Shown here one piece after another: positions 48,441 through 62,599 of a stretch of 64,000 bases of DNA (positions are counted from its first letter, which is position 1; every line of letters starts with the position of its first letter). The stretch covers positions 1-64,000 of the forward strand of contig MQRK01242253.1 of NCBI GenBank assembly GCA_001938485.1. Reading direction: 5' to 3'. Both the position numbers and the translations under genes were made by a program. The notes under the pieces were generated by a model. It did not search any database. It saw only the letters and a list, made by a program, of their open reading frames with translations, and was not told the origin of the DNA. The stretch comes from Girardia tigrina. Its lineage: Eukaryota.

Positions 48441-50947
48441 TTAAAAAATTAAATAAATTTCGTTTGAAAATAGACTATAATTATTCTCATTAAAATATTA
48501 TTTTAGTATGATTGACTGGGAAATATTTTTTTTTATTTCATATTTTTTATTATACTTTAAAAAGTAAAATTAAACGAGATTTAATGTTGTTAAAATATAA
48601 ATATTGGAAAAAATATTTTCTAATTTAAATATTTTGTTGTTATTTATTAATATTATTCTACTTATTTTTTATTTTCGTCCAAGAAACAAAAAAAACTCAA
48701 TGTCATTAATTTAATAATCAAAATTGATCTCTAAATTTTCATAGAATTAATTTGCTCTCAATTTATTATTATTATGAAAAAATCAAAATAATTCAAAATT
48801 GATAATAAAATAACAATTTAGTATAAAAGTTTTTTGAACAATAAAGGACATGTTTTCACTATTTACCATTTCCCGGTCTATTTCAACATATTTTTGATCA
48901 ATGTCAACAATAAAATTTTTAAAAACAGTCAATATTTTCATATTACAGTCCAACCTGTTTTTGTGTCGGTCTTTTTTGATTCGTCATTTTTGCTCCCTTA
49001 GAATGAATAATCGTAATCTCATTTCATTTGTGTATACCGGCATTATCCAATATTATAAATGTCTCTTAAGTACGTATATAATTCAAACAAATAATTTGAG
49101 AAACAGTTTTACAAATACACATTCTATTTATAGAAATACTTGCGATAATTGTTCGAGATTAAAATCAGAATTCATTTTTTTTGATAGCACAATATAACAA
49201 TTTTTAAAATTATTATTGAGGAACAATATTTTCAATTTGCATTAACCATCAACTTTGCATTAAGTATCAACATTTTCAATATAAATATAAACATATACCG
49301 ATTTTAATTTATTCGGAATTTTAAGTATTTATATAAAATTAGACATGTATGTGTTTTTTTACAATTTTATCTTAAATTAAAAATTTTTATTAATACTTTT
49401 TCAATGGATTTACAAAATTTTCGTTTGTTTAATATTTTAAAATTCCATTATTTGTATTTTGATTTACTCATCTTTAATTTATTTGTAATATAATTATTTA
49501 TTTTTGAAAACTTTCATTAAAACCTAATTCTTGATTTTAAACTTAACTTTAACAATTTATTCCTTTGATTTTCTTTTACGGTAAACTTAGTTTTAATTAT
49601 TTTTGTGAAATACCCTACCCTACCACAAGTCTGGTCAGTAGCTTTTTCGTACTTTTAACTGGTCGCAATGAATTCTATAACATTTAAACCCAAATAGAAT
49701 GCAGAAGACACGTGAATCAATGGAAAATTAGTATTTAGTACAGTTTCCTTTATGCTCTTACCCGGTTTGGCATCGACCATTTTTTTCATGAGCTGAGGAA
49801 TATTTGCCGCAGCTGAAATTCCAATTCAGTAGCATTCCGTGGAAGCACCTGCCTTTTACGAACGCGTTTGGTTCACCCTAATAATTAAAAACACTTGTTT
49901 TTTATTTTAATTTTAGATTTAAATTTTATACACTGCATTTTAATTAGATACTGGAGTTTAAATATTTTTGATGTTAAAAAATTAAATATTCAAAAATTTC
50001 AAATTGGTATTTCAAATAGAAATACTAACAGTGACAAATCTGCCTATTACTGTTGGTAAAATAATATTTGCACGACTTCTTCGTTTTTATCTTCTCTGGG
50101 ATCTCTGCATTTGTAAGTTGAATGATGATTTATCAACAAAAATGACTCTCGAATAGTCATTATGGAAATAATTTTTCAACTATTAGGACTACTACTTTCG
50201 TAAAAAAATAATACTGAAAGAAGAAATAGAATAATCTGGTCCATTAACTCTGCCTAATTACCAATGCGATCTTTTTAAAGTTATTCTTAAATCCATTTAA
50301 CACCTGTTAATATAGGAAATCGAAATTATGAATCCAACCGGCCTGCTATTCATGAGTACCGTTTTAATTTATTTGAGAGAATTGGGGATTATATGAGATT
50401 AAATAAATTCTTTATTTTCTCGATTACACCGCGACTCCTTTGACTTCCACCCTTTGGTGACTGTCGTAATATCCCTCTTATTGGAATTACAGTATTATAA
50501 TTGATCTGCAGAAATCGAGAAGCATCTTTAATTGATTGCCTAATCGTTTACCAGTCTGACAAGACTTTCTTCTTTTTCTCCATTCATTGCCTTCGAGTAT
50601 GATTTTTGACTTTCAGTATTCACTCTTGTTAGTGTTATCTGATATTCTGATTCTCTAATTATCTGTATTTGGAACTATTATTCTAAAATACTCACGTTTA
50701 ACTAGTTTCAAAGGTGGAAAATGTGATAATTCTTACCTAAAATTGGTGCTATTTTGGAGGTAAAAATTTCAAATTGAGGGTAATTAAGTGATCGGTAAAA
50801 CCAAATGAATGTACGATTTAATATATTTATTGTGTCAATATTTCATAATAAAAACGATTTTGGAAAATCATAGCTATATTGTTGAAATAGAAAAAAATGG
50901 TATAGATTTAATCTTATATTGTGTGATATTAATGGCGCCAATATCAG

Positions 50948-51188
50948 CTTAAACACCGGGAACTATTCATCACACGTCAGTTGGAGACATTGCCCGCCAC
51001 CCACATCCGGGGGAAGGCACGTGTGACCCAATTCAGCGATAGCGAGCTTGTACTCAATTATAGCTCCACAGAGAACACATTCTTCTACAGTCTTGTTTAC
51101 GATTCGGCCCAAAAGACGATTCACAGCGGCAAGGGTGCGATCAGAGTGGGGTCCCAGTATCAAGTGCCCGTTACATCCCGTTGTCTCG
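50948..51188 (+). CDS. MTA1: MTA exon 5, BAH end / ELM2 start (LKHRELFITRQLETLPATHIRGK...FFYSLVYD...IRVGSQYQ)
   Basis: Highly conserved MTA motifs; CAG/GTGAGT boundaries. Confidence 0.92.
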
Positions 51189-51456
51189 GTGAGTAGAGAT
51201 TTTGTTATATGATAATTTTATTTCTTATAAAATTGTTACAATTGAATTTAAAATGATAAATAATTAAAATAAAATATAATTTTAGGACAATATAATCTCG
51301 ATGTCAGATTAAAAAAATAATATATCCTATATTAGATAACAAAATCAATTCTTACCGTTTTGCAAAGGTAAAATAAATGGTTATTTTTCTTTATCAAAGT
51401 ATGATTCATTACATCACATTAACTTCCCACGATCGATTTGGTATTCCTTAAGGATA

Positions 51457-52686
51457 CAGTCGAACTCTGATTTAACGAACCCCATATTAAGGAAAACCTC
51501 GATTTAACGAAAGAATAGTGAAGTTCCTGCCGAAACCCCGTACATTATATGTATATTGGCCCCAGCTTTAACGAACCCAATTTTAACGAAGACCTCGACT
51601 TAACGAACGTTGCCTTCACATTTTACAAAATAAAAACCCCGTTTTAATGAAAATTTACCTATGATACACTTGTTCTCTTTTTAATTTTATCGATGCAGCG
51701 ACACTTCCAGTACAATATGCTAGTAGTAACAAAGCTTGGATGAATCGCTCTCTTTGGAAGGAGTGTCTTACTAAATTCGATCAGCAAATGACACGAAAAA
51801 ATCGCAAGATTTTACTAATTGTCGACAATGTCTCAAGCCACTTTGCGCCGCCGCTTTCATCTATTGAATTGATTTTCCTTCCACGTAATACTACGTTACG
51901 TAGTCAGCCTTGTGACCAAGGAATTATTGCAGCTTTTAAGATATACTATAGATGCGGCCTGGTGAAGCGCCTTCTTCATATTGAATCAAAGAAATCAGTG
52001 GCAGTATTCCGAGTCAGTATTTTGCATGCTATTAATCTGACAGAAAAAGTATGGGAAAACTTCAGTATAGTCACTGTCGCTAATTGTTTTCCAAAGGCCG
52101 GATTTCAACACGGAAATAATCATTGTTCCTTCAGAATTTACTGAACTACGGGAGAATTTTTTGAAATGCAGCTCACATGGGAAGTTCTAATGCAAGATTT
52201 TGGTTCCACGTTCAGTTTCACATCATCTATGAAAGAATTCGTTAACATTGATGAATATATTGCGACGGAAGGAATTCTTACTGATGAAGAGATTCTTAAA
52301 CAAGCTCTAAGTGAGAATAACGAAGGAGATGAAACAAATGAGTCTCTCCAACTACAAGCAGTATAACTATTTGAAGCAATTGCTGGTCTCTCTGTGATCC
52401 GTCAGTATTGAAATGAACGCGGATTATCCGGAAACATTTCAGTCGTAGATTTAGAAGCCACTCTGGCGAAAACTGCCTGAAGTCGACGACGTCAAACCAC
52501 ACTGGATGGTTTTTTTGTGTCTTAATTAACGAAATGTTTTTCAATAAAGTATATTGATTTTTATTCTTTAAATTTTAAAAATGAAAAGTAAATAAAATTA
52601 GTGATGGATAGGCCATTACAGTCAAACCCCGCTTTAACGAATATTTTCTCGATCACCGTGTTTTTAGTTAAACCGGGGTTCGACTG
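51457..52686 (+). mobile_element. Internally deleted Tigger element
   Basis: TA-CAGTCGAAC...GTTCGACTG-TA; KAWMN...RKILLIVDNVSSH...FLPRNTT..QPCDQGIIAAFKIYYR. Confidence 0.92.
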
Positions 52687-54325
52687 TATATCACTTTTAT
52701 AACAATCAACGATTTTATTTTACAAAAGGAGCAATACATCCTTCTCTACAGGGACCCTGTATTATTGAATTTTATCTTATTCGTTTTTATTTAGAAGAAA
52801 GATGTGATATAGTTTTCCATAATTTTACTCTGTTCTTGTTTCAATATGTGGGACTTTTGCATGTTTGAAGTGCTTGAAGTCTTTTAAGTTAGGCTTTTTT
52901 GATATGTCTGTTGTGCTGGTTCCTCCGACATTTATTTGAATTCTGAGTAACTCTGGAAGTATTGTTTCATTTGACATGCCAATAACCATTGACCTCTTCA
53001 CATGCTTGTACAATATAATTTGCTCCAATCGCTGTCCAGTCACTTTAGTTCATGGCGTATCTTGTACAGAGGTTCATCAACCAAAGCAAAATTTTGACAC
53101 CTCTTTCGTGGGTAGTTCTATCTATTACTTCGTTCTTTCCAAATTCTGTAAAAAAATTTTTGGTGAAGCTTCTGCTGCATTAGAACTAAGTTTGAATTAA
53201 AACAGCAAAGAAACACATCTAAAGGTGTCAAACAAATTGACTAATGTCAGAGTAAATATGTTTAAACATGTTTTCTAACCGAGTTATTTGTCAAATCATT
53301 GTCGATAATTCTTTGGACGGTGTGGTACAATATGTTTAAAATTGAAAAAAAAAACAGAAAGAACTTATTTAGAACTTATTATATGTTACTTTTTTACAAA
53401 TGATACAAAAGACTAAGTATGTATGTAGTTGCTATAGTGGCTCTTTATAATTATTTATCTTTATACATCTTTTTTGCACGAATAGTGGAGAAAACATAAT
53501 AATATACCCAAGTAAATAGTTATAATAATGAGGATATCAAATATAAAATCAATATCTCTGTGAGATGTGACGTTCAATTGTTATAGTTAAAAGTAATTTA
53601 AAGAGTTTAATTTGAAATAATTGTGTTTTGAATCACTAAGAAAAGAAAAAAATCTAAGTATACATGCAAAAAACGAAAGAGTGCAGAGTCTAATGTAAAG
53701 TTAATCCTTCGGATTCTGAAGAATGTAAAGTCCGAAAATTCTCCTATATAATGTCACCAGAAATTTTCACTATTATCGAAAATACAATCAGTTATGTAAT
53801 TAATTATTTTTTTTGCTCACTTGTTAATTACATTGTTTTTTACTTGGTCACAAACTAATTATGCTTAGTTTGAACAGTTAGTTAAACATAACATTTTTCT
53901 TATACCGTAATTTAATGCCAGACAAATAAATTGTCATAGCTATATTTTTTTTAAAGAAACTAGTGAATCAAAACTTCGTTATTACAGCACATTTATAACT
54001 GCCTCCGGTAGACAACACTTCAGTTATTATATTTAATGATCGCAAGAACATCATGAATTCACATGTTCGCACGAATATTTAGTAAATAGTCTCTTATTAT
54101 TTAGAGGAATTGTTGATTCTTTGTTGAGGAATTGACAACGGATTCTTTCAGAAGTGAACCACTGTTTAAACATCCAGATGGACTCTCACATGAACATATG
54201 AATTTTAAGCTTCTTTTTTTAAATATTTCAAGAGATCTTGTATAACAATATTTTTCTGCATTTGGCCTTTAATTTTTATCAAGATGATGTAATATTCTTA
54301 AAAGGTTATTTTTTATCGTCTATAC

Positions 54326-54750
54326 CAGTGTCGGGCAACCGGTGCGCCGCGAAAAATTCTGGGAACGCCGCGAACATTTTTGTAAAATATTTTAAATTGT
54401 TAAAGTTATTGAATTTGTTATTGAAGTAAATTGAAGAACTGTAGCAATATTAGTCGTATTTTTGCATGATTGTAAAACACACAGTAAGTTTCGCACACAA
54501 TTAAATCTGATGGTTAAAAAACAGTGAAAAATAATTTGTTGTGACGCAAGAATCCTGTGCTTATAATTTATTCTTAGCGAGATCATCATTCACTTTTTTT
54601 CCCAAGGTAATTTTAATTAAACATTATTAAGAAACACCTCTTATATTATGTATTCTAAATTCTCTCAAAAATAATGGAGTCACACAGGTGCGCCGCGAAA
54701 AAAGTTTTAAGCTTAGTGCGCCGCAACTCGAAAAAGGTTGCCTGACATTG
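54326..54750. mobile_element. hAT MITE
   Basis: TIR CAGTGTCGGGCAACC / GGTTGCCTGACATTG; 8-bp TSD GTCTATAC; repeated GTGCGCCGC motifs. Confidence 0.92.
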
Positions 54751-55550
54751 GTCTATACGGAGAATAAATTTTAACGAAAACAAGTAATTTTTGAATGGTA
54801 CGTAGAAATTATGAACTAACAACATTTCCTTACTGGTGATACAATAACCATTTCATACTGATAATTATTTGCTATAAAGGTCGTCATTTTAAGGACGTTA
54901 CTAATATTTAGCTAAATGTTACGCCGGTGCTCAAAAGCGTTTTAATTTCTTATTTTCTAATTCTTATTAATATACGACGACTATATTGTTAATTATTAAA
55001 ATTATCGCAATACGTTTTGATCAACCGTCGTATATTAACCGGGCATGACTTGTATATATGTCAAATGCAAAATAGGAAGAATGTAGATAGTTGTTTCCAA
55101 AATATATGTTGTGCTCTTGAACAAATAATACATAATTAGGTCAAGTTTGCGTATTTAAAACATACTAACTTAAAACATACTTAAAATAAATACGAGACCA
55201 TAATAAATAACATCATATCAGAGAAGAACTTCAGGTTACCAGGTTAATAATATCGACACTGCTATACCCTTTCCATTTTGGATGTTAATCAATGGGTTTT
55301 ATTGCCTAATTAAAATTGATATTAAAGTTTGAAAAATAAAAATTCATCCTTTCAATTTGAAAAAGTTCTATCTTTGCAAAAACTGCAATGATCCAAACTT
55401 TGCTTAATCAATTCGACTGAACACTCACAGTTGTATTGTAAATCATTATTAATCAAACATTTTAATTTATTGATTAATATCCAAATTGGGAAGAGTAGGG
55501 CTGTGTCAATATTAAATATTTTAAATATCGTTCAATATAATTAATCTAAT

Positions 55551-55600
<50 letters not shown>

Positions 55601-56139
55601 CGATTTTGGAAAATAAATTCTAAAGACATGAAAGTAAATTCTCACAACGCGTTTTGAGAAAATCTTATTTTAATCACCATGTTATTAGGTCGTGATTTCG
55701 GGTATTTGAATTAGAGATATATTTAACAAATATTATATTTAATAGTAAAATGAAGAGAAATCACAACATAATAAATTTTCATTTTGATTACCTTCTTAAA
55801 AAGTTTTACATAATAAAAGATTTTTGGCACAATTTTTACTTAATGACCATGTCCACAAAATCTTTGCAATTTAAAAATTTAAAATTAAAAATTTTTTTAA
55901 AATTAAATATACAAATAATTTTGACTTTTTCGCAATGTATTTATATGTGATTTCCGTCATTTTCAGGTAACTTCTGAAATAGTTTATCTTTTCAGTTTTT
56001 TATAATTATTGTTATCATCAGTCAAAGCTATGAAAAATGAAGGAAAATATATTTTACAAATATAAAACGTTATCAATGAAATTAAAACTTTAAAATAATA
56101 ATAATAAAATTTTGAGAATATTTCATTGATTTCGAACAG

Positions 56140-56375
56140 AAGAGCCACCGTCAAAACACTACAAGGGCCGTGAATACGAGCAGCAAATGTGGCGTTCGGA
56201 CAATCGTATGACCAGTGAAGATATTGAGAACTTCATAACGATCTGTCGGTCACTTGGAACGTATGCTCGAGCTTGCGACCTCACGAGTAGTGTACGCCAA
56301 CCCAATCTTTCTGCGGCTGCTGCCGCCGCCTCCAGAGATGTTACTCTTATGGAGGCACTCAACAGATTGCACCAG
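56140..56375 (+). CDS. MTA1: MTA exon 6, ELM2 (RSLGTYARACDLTSSVRQPNLSAAAAAASRDVTLMEALNRLHQ)
   Basis: Matches MTA [34 protein letters not shown]; in phase. Confidence 0.92.
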
Positions 56376-58671
56376 GTGACACTGCCGTTCATTTTTATTC
56401 TTAATAATTATTTTTATTTAATTTTCAATAATATTACAGGTGATGTCTAAACCTATATAACGCAAGTGTATTAACCTACTGCGTCAGTTTATCATATTTT
56501 CTTTTAGGAAAGGAGTACTTCATATAAGCTCTTCAAAAAATTGTTTCACAAAATATTTCCCAAATAACTATAAATAATTTTCCAATAATTTGATTTCATA
56601 AAAACTGAAGTGGAACTGAAATCGCTTGATAATTAAATTACCTATGCAATTTTCCTTATTTTCAGATTGGATTTGTTTACCTTTTATTTCCAATAGTAAA
56701 TGTTGATGAGTGTCTGCAATATAGAATCTAAGAAATTATTCTAATTTGAATTTATGTTTTTTTTTGAAAAGATCAACTTTCAGTGCAGTCACAAACGTCA
56801 CATCATGCAATAACACAGTGGACACAAGGCGTTTGTGAGATTTTAAGCTTAAGTTACATTAGTTTTGAAGAAAATACAATGAAATTATGTCTTTGAATCG
56901 AAATTGTTAACCACGTGCGTAAATCTATAACTAAATTCAGGACATTAAACGTGAACGATCATCTGTTTTCAACTTGGAAAGAAAACACTGACAAATGGAT
57001 ATTTCAGAAAGATTGTGAGAAAAATCCAAGAGAGAACAAGTCAATCGAATTGGCTCGCACTAACTTCTCAATATTGATAAATTCTCAATTCCTGCCATGC
57101 TTAAAGATTTTGGAATTCGCAAACATTGTTCTAGTATTTTTCCAAAATTTCTCATTGGTGAAATGTATGACTGTCGTCTCAACAATTGGCACTGTTTCAA
57201 TTTGTAACTGTTTTAGTAACACGGTGAAAAATTTATGGATAAATCAGGGATTATGAAACACCAATCAATCTGTATATGCATGAAAGCAAACGGGATTCTG
57301 TGGAATCGAGACTCCATTAATGTGCGCAACATAAATTCGATTGTTAAAGCTTTCACAAACGTTAATGTTGATAGTGTTTTGTGGCAGTCCTAATACCCTT
57401 TAAAATGATTTCCTCGACAAAGGGGAACAGTGATTGGTTCATATTAGTCTGAGCTACTCAGCCAGGTTCGCAATTTACGAAGCAAATAATCACATCTCCA
57501 AACCCCAACCAGGGTACAAACTTTAGAAATGAAATCTTTTCCCCCCAAAACTTGAATGAAAATTCAAATAAAACACCCTTCAACCTAGAGAATACCAACA
57601 TCATCTCACAAAACTCTTTATCTATCTCAATCACTCCAAATTGACAATTCTCACTCAAACAAAACCAATCAAACATTTTCACAATCAACAATCTCTCCAT
57701 CAGGGCGAGGATGTTTTCATATTCAGCATCAAACCCACGATTCCGGAGACCGCCCACTAACACTACAGCGCCGCAACCACGCTCTGCTACCAGAAATGAT
57801 TACAGAGAGGGCTGACAACAGCGAACCGAATGGCCGAGGAGCGGAAAATCTATTGGCTGAGATCATGATTGATCTTTCCCCTCGACCCAAAGTCCGCCCC
57901 TCGACGCCGGAGTATCGCGGCGACGAAACCGCTGCGCACGCTCTGTTATCAATTGCCATTTTGAACCTTCCATGTCCAAACAGGAAAAATGAAAGAATGT
58001 TGCTTCGAACTGTTGCAGTATCAACCATGCAGCCGGAATTCAGCTTCAAGGGATTTTGAACTTTTAATCACCTTCAAGAAGAGTTTGAAAAGTCGCTGTT
58101 TCACTACTGTAATAGAACTGAAAAAGAAAACAAGAATATAATGGGTCGACTGTCTCTGAATTTTTTTGAAAATACATTTGATGAACTCATGTCGTTGGCA
58201 GAATTGTGTAGAGCAACAAGGAATTGAATCTGTTGCATTGTAATTCAGAAATATAATTTCATTTCGTTACCATTTTCTTTTCTTGTACAAATGCACATAC
58301 TGATAGATAAATATTAAAGAAATATGAGAAATAAAAAGGACAAAAATACAAAGAAAGGAACTTTTAGTTAAAATAAACTGTTAACTATTAATGATAATTT
58401 TCGGTGAATTTTTTATTATTTTATAAAATTATTTCATAATTCAATGGAATTTTTTTACTATATGATAAATATATAGGAAAAACAGTTTAGCCTAATAATG
58501 TTGTTATTAATTTGGGTATTGAAAATAAGATTCTTTGAAATTAAAATAAAAACTTTGTCCAATATTTTTAAATTGGTTTTCGTTAAATTATTTGAAAAAT
58601 GATCATAATTGGTTGTAGAAAAGATTTTTTTTAAACTTTTAATCATTTTTTCAATCATATATTTATATTAC

Positions 58672-59400
58672 ATTTGAGTCTCGATATAACGAATTTCAAG
58701 GAACCAACAAAAAATTCATATCGAAAATCCAACTAGGAATTTCACTTTGATCAGGGATTCCAGCAGAAATTCTAATTTGGGAGGTCTTTCATCCCGTTGG
58801 GGGGTGGCATGTGTAATGAAAGTAATTAATGAACCCGATACATACAAAATGTCTATTAAACAAAAGGACAATCTATATGGATAAATAAAAATCATTTATT
58901 TTGCTCTGCTTTGTATTCTTCATTCGACTTTCGAGTATCAATTTTTCAGCTCGGTCGTTATCAAATTAAATTATTTCCAATAAAAAACGTTTTTAAAATT
59001 TCTATTTTAAAAGCTTCATAAATCTTTTTGTATATTATATTATCCATTTCGATTTTTTTCAAAATTTTTTTCAAATATATATATATATATATATATATNN
59101 NNNNNNNNNNNNNNNNNNNNNNNNNNNNNNNNNNNNNNNNNNNNNNNNATATATATATATATATATATTTGAAAAAAATTTTGAAAAAAATCGAAATGGA
59201 TAATATAATATACAAAAAGATTTATGAATATATATGATATTCGTACCCTAACCTCGTAATATCGAGTCAAAATTTTCAATCAAACAACGTTTTAAACTTC
59301 GAAATATCGAAAAATTCGTTATATCGAGAAACATTTCCATACAGTATAATGGCCAGTCAACCATCTCTTAAAATTAATTCGTTGTGTCGAGATTCGACTG
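58672..59400. mobile_element. Tigger-type non-autonomous element containing a (TA)n tract and a gap
   Basis: ..GAGTCTCGATATAACGAATT ... AATTCGTTGTGTCGAGATTCGACTG-TA. Confidence 0.65.
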
Positions 59401-61329
59401 TAGTTCTTTAGTTCTGTGTTTTATATCAGGATAGTGAAGTTTAATTCAAAAAAATGTGAATTTGTAAAAGCTCAAAATCAAAAACTATTTTAATCACTTA
59501 ATTTTTGTGGGTATGAAAGAGTATCATTGCAAGTTATAATTGAGTACACGAATTTAAAATTTTTATGATTAGTGAGACCAATGTCATTGCTATCTTCACA
59601 ACGACTGTGTTGTTGCAAGTAATACAAATATAGGAATTGAGTATCTTCTAACCATGTTACTCAGAAGGATATAAGTACGTATTAGATAATATAAATTCGA
59701 AAAGGATGTCATGTATCCAAAAATTTGAAAACATATTCGATAATAAATCGACAATAACGTTGTAATTAAGATTATTGTTTCTTCTTTACTGAAATAAACA
59801 TGCAATAAATTCAATGTATACAAGAGTGACTTCACCAGAGATTCAGGACAGTTATATTGAAGATAGTAGTAATTTTGTCAAATATATAAAACAGAAAATT
59901 CCTTAATGATGTGGTCATTATCTTCTAGATACTTAGATCTCTTATCATCTCAATCCGATAATTTAGTTATTTTTTTATTTAAATAACAATTATCGGTAAA
60001 ATGACGATAATCGTTCAGTTAAAAGTTGTTATTTTCATCTGCAACCATAATGATTTTTATTTGAAATTCATTCATTTGTCTGAGCAAAAAAGTGCTTCTG
60101 AGTGATGTGCCGCTCCGAAACGGTTTGTTCAGATTGTAATCGGTGTGTGTTGTACATTCAATTACGGTGCTGGACACAGATGATTGAATTACGTGACACA
60201 AGGTCAATGTGGTCCGTGAAGTAAGGTGTGTCTCTACAGAAATATATCACTTTTGAGTCGGATTTCCACTTCAAGTCTTTGTATACTATTTCATGCCAAA
60301 AGTAAAAAAAATGTTTGGATGATTTACCTTTGATTATTTGCATAAACTTCAAATATATATTTTATGATCATAAAATTCATTATGATGTAACACGATTTTG
60401 TATTTCTGATTTTGGTCATTGTATATGAGATAATTGAATTCTATTTGCAATTTAGCCTGATAATCATCGACTATCAAATCTCGTTAGTTTTAGTCATTCT
60501 CGATTTTCACGTTCGATAATTGCATGATCCATGAACAAAAACCATGTAAATAATAACTTTAATATAACGATTTGGATATCATTAATGATGATTTAATGTC
60601 CTGAGTTTAAAATCAAAGAAAAAGAAAATTGTTATGACTTTAGAAAGGATTAAAAGTGAATCTGTAACGCGGATGGATCATCATTGTATATGAAGTAATA
60701 GACGTTCATACACGTCTGCTCAACTACCCGATATAGGATAGAAAAATCTTACCAAAATATAATCAAATATGTATTTTTATTTTGAAAAAAGTCCTACTAT
60801 TCATTGTTTATGAATGACATTTTTATTGAGATTCTTGCATAGACTTGTATTTTTTTAAAAAGATAACCAATAAAAGTGCTGTAATTGAAAACACAACTGT
60901 TTTTAAACAAATAATAATAAATAATGCAAATTTCATTTTAATTATAAATTGTATTCCAAAATACAAATAATAAAATCATAAGTTCTTGCACACAATTCAG
61001 TAATATTACGTGTACAAATCATACGGTTTCTCAAGCCATTGTTCACGTTGGTGACTGAATTTCAACCTTTTAACTACGGAAATAATCTTAAAAGCCTCAA
61101 TATGAACACGAACAGACTTGTAAAAAATATAAACACAGACGTCACGAACACAAATATTAAAAAAATGTATTACAGGAGGCATTTAAAAGCGACAACCGTG
61201 ATATCGAATCTATCACAATCATAAGATCGCTTTTTGACGACATAATAAAGCTGCGATGTCATAAATTTTCATTTCATCGTCTTTCGAAGACATCTGTATT
61301 TTAAGTGCTAAGTTAATTTTTCCAATGAC

Positions 61330-61790
61330 AATTCGACACATGTATTATTCGACACATTTATCAATTCGACATATTTTTCATTCGACACAGTAAAAGTTAA
61401 TTTTTAATTTTTATTCATTGCAAATTAGCTAGCCAACGCAAATATTTCAGTTTATCAACATTCGATGCATTCAAATTGTATTCTTGCACAGCCATTGCAA
61501 TAGCCTCACTCAATGATACATATTTTTTCTTTACTACCTCTGAACGACCTGACAGTGCATTTGCCAAAGTCAGTCTGTGACAAGCTATATCTCTTCCAAG
61601 TCCATCAACAAGGTCCAAATACTGGGGTGGCTGCATTGAATTATGACATTAAGAGCATCGTGGAAACCTTCGCAACAATTTGTAGTTTTTGGTGTTTGCT
61701 CACCAGCAGAATCGAAATGGTTCCAGCATCTTATTGGAAACTGAGGAGCTCTACCAAGAGCACCCTCAATATAAGTTTATAAGAAATATG
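61330..61790 (-). mobile_element. MULE transposase C-terminal remnant with TTCGACA subterminal repeats
   Basis: PKTTNCCEGFHDALN....SHPSIW (PRTNN.VEGWH...HPSIW); KYLRWLANLQ end; 4 TTCGACA repeats at 61330-61390. Confidence 0.7.
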
Positions 61791-62599
61791 TGAGAATTTG
61801 TGTCGATTGTCATGGGACCGTTAATAGTTAGAGATCCTGTAAGAGTTATAACGGTTAGTTGCAGAAGTGTCACATCATGTTACGAAGGGTTAATTTTTAA
61901 TGTTGCACATTACATTTCGATTATACAACAACATACAATCACATTTCTCGTAACAGCTATCCTGAAGCGATAGCATAATTTTCTTAGAAAAACTCTAGTT
62001 AAATTTTAGATAGTCTTCACTACTATAAGCTGATCTCATTCATTATCATTAGCAAAAAACGAATAAAACTCCCAAATTTTACCGCCTAATACACTTTTTC
62101 CGAAACCGCTACAGATAATTAAAACAAACCTTCTAAAACTTAAAGGATTTTATATCTAGACCGCGCAAATGAAACATATTTTCAAATAAGTTTTCAGCTA
62201 TCCATAATCCGATTTAAAAGTTAAAGTAAAATATCAGAAATAAAATTCAAGTCTTGGATTACCTTCAGATAAAATCAATATAAATGTAATTTAATCAATA
62301 TAATATTTCATATAACATAGAGACGCTTCCTATCGTCTCTATATGATTATTTTAGAACACGGTCACTGTATGATGGAAGTATTGGTTATTGGTTACAACA
62401 CTGAAAGATGTGCAATTTTATTATAAATGTAACTAATTTCGAAAATTCTATGCATTCTGATTAATAAATATTAGGACAGGTTATAATTTCTGACAATCCA
62501 AATCTATCTCATAATTTTTTTATAATGAATTGAATAAAAATATAAAAAATAGAAAAATTATTTAAATAAATATTTAACGTATTAATAATGGAAACACAG

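Noticed and set aside
52830-54200. Faint piggyBac-like (52830-53330) and Penelope-like (53990-54200; also ~12000-12410 and ~63400-63900) remnants
   Set aside because: Too degraded to delimit or assign with confidence by eye.
59015-59228. Perfect ~60-bp inverted repeat around (TA)n and an N gap
   Set aside because: (TA)n is self-complementary and the centre is a gap, so an inverted contig-end artefact is at least as likely as a real palindrome; long reads are needed.
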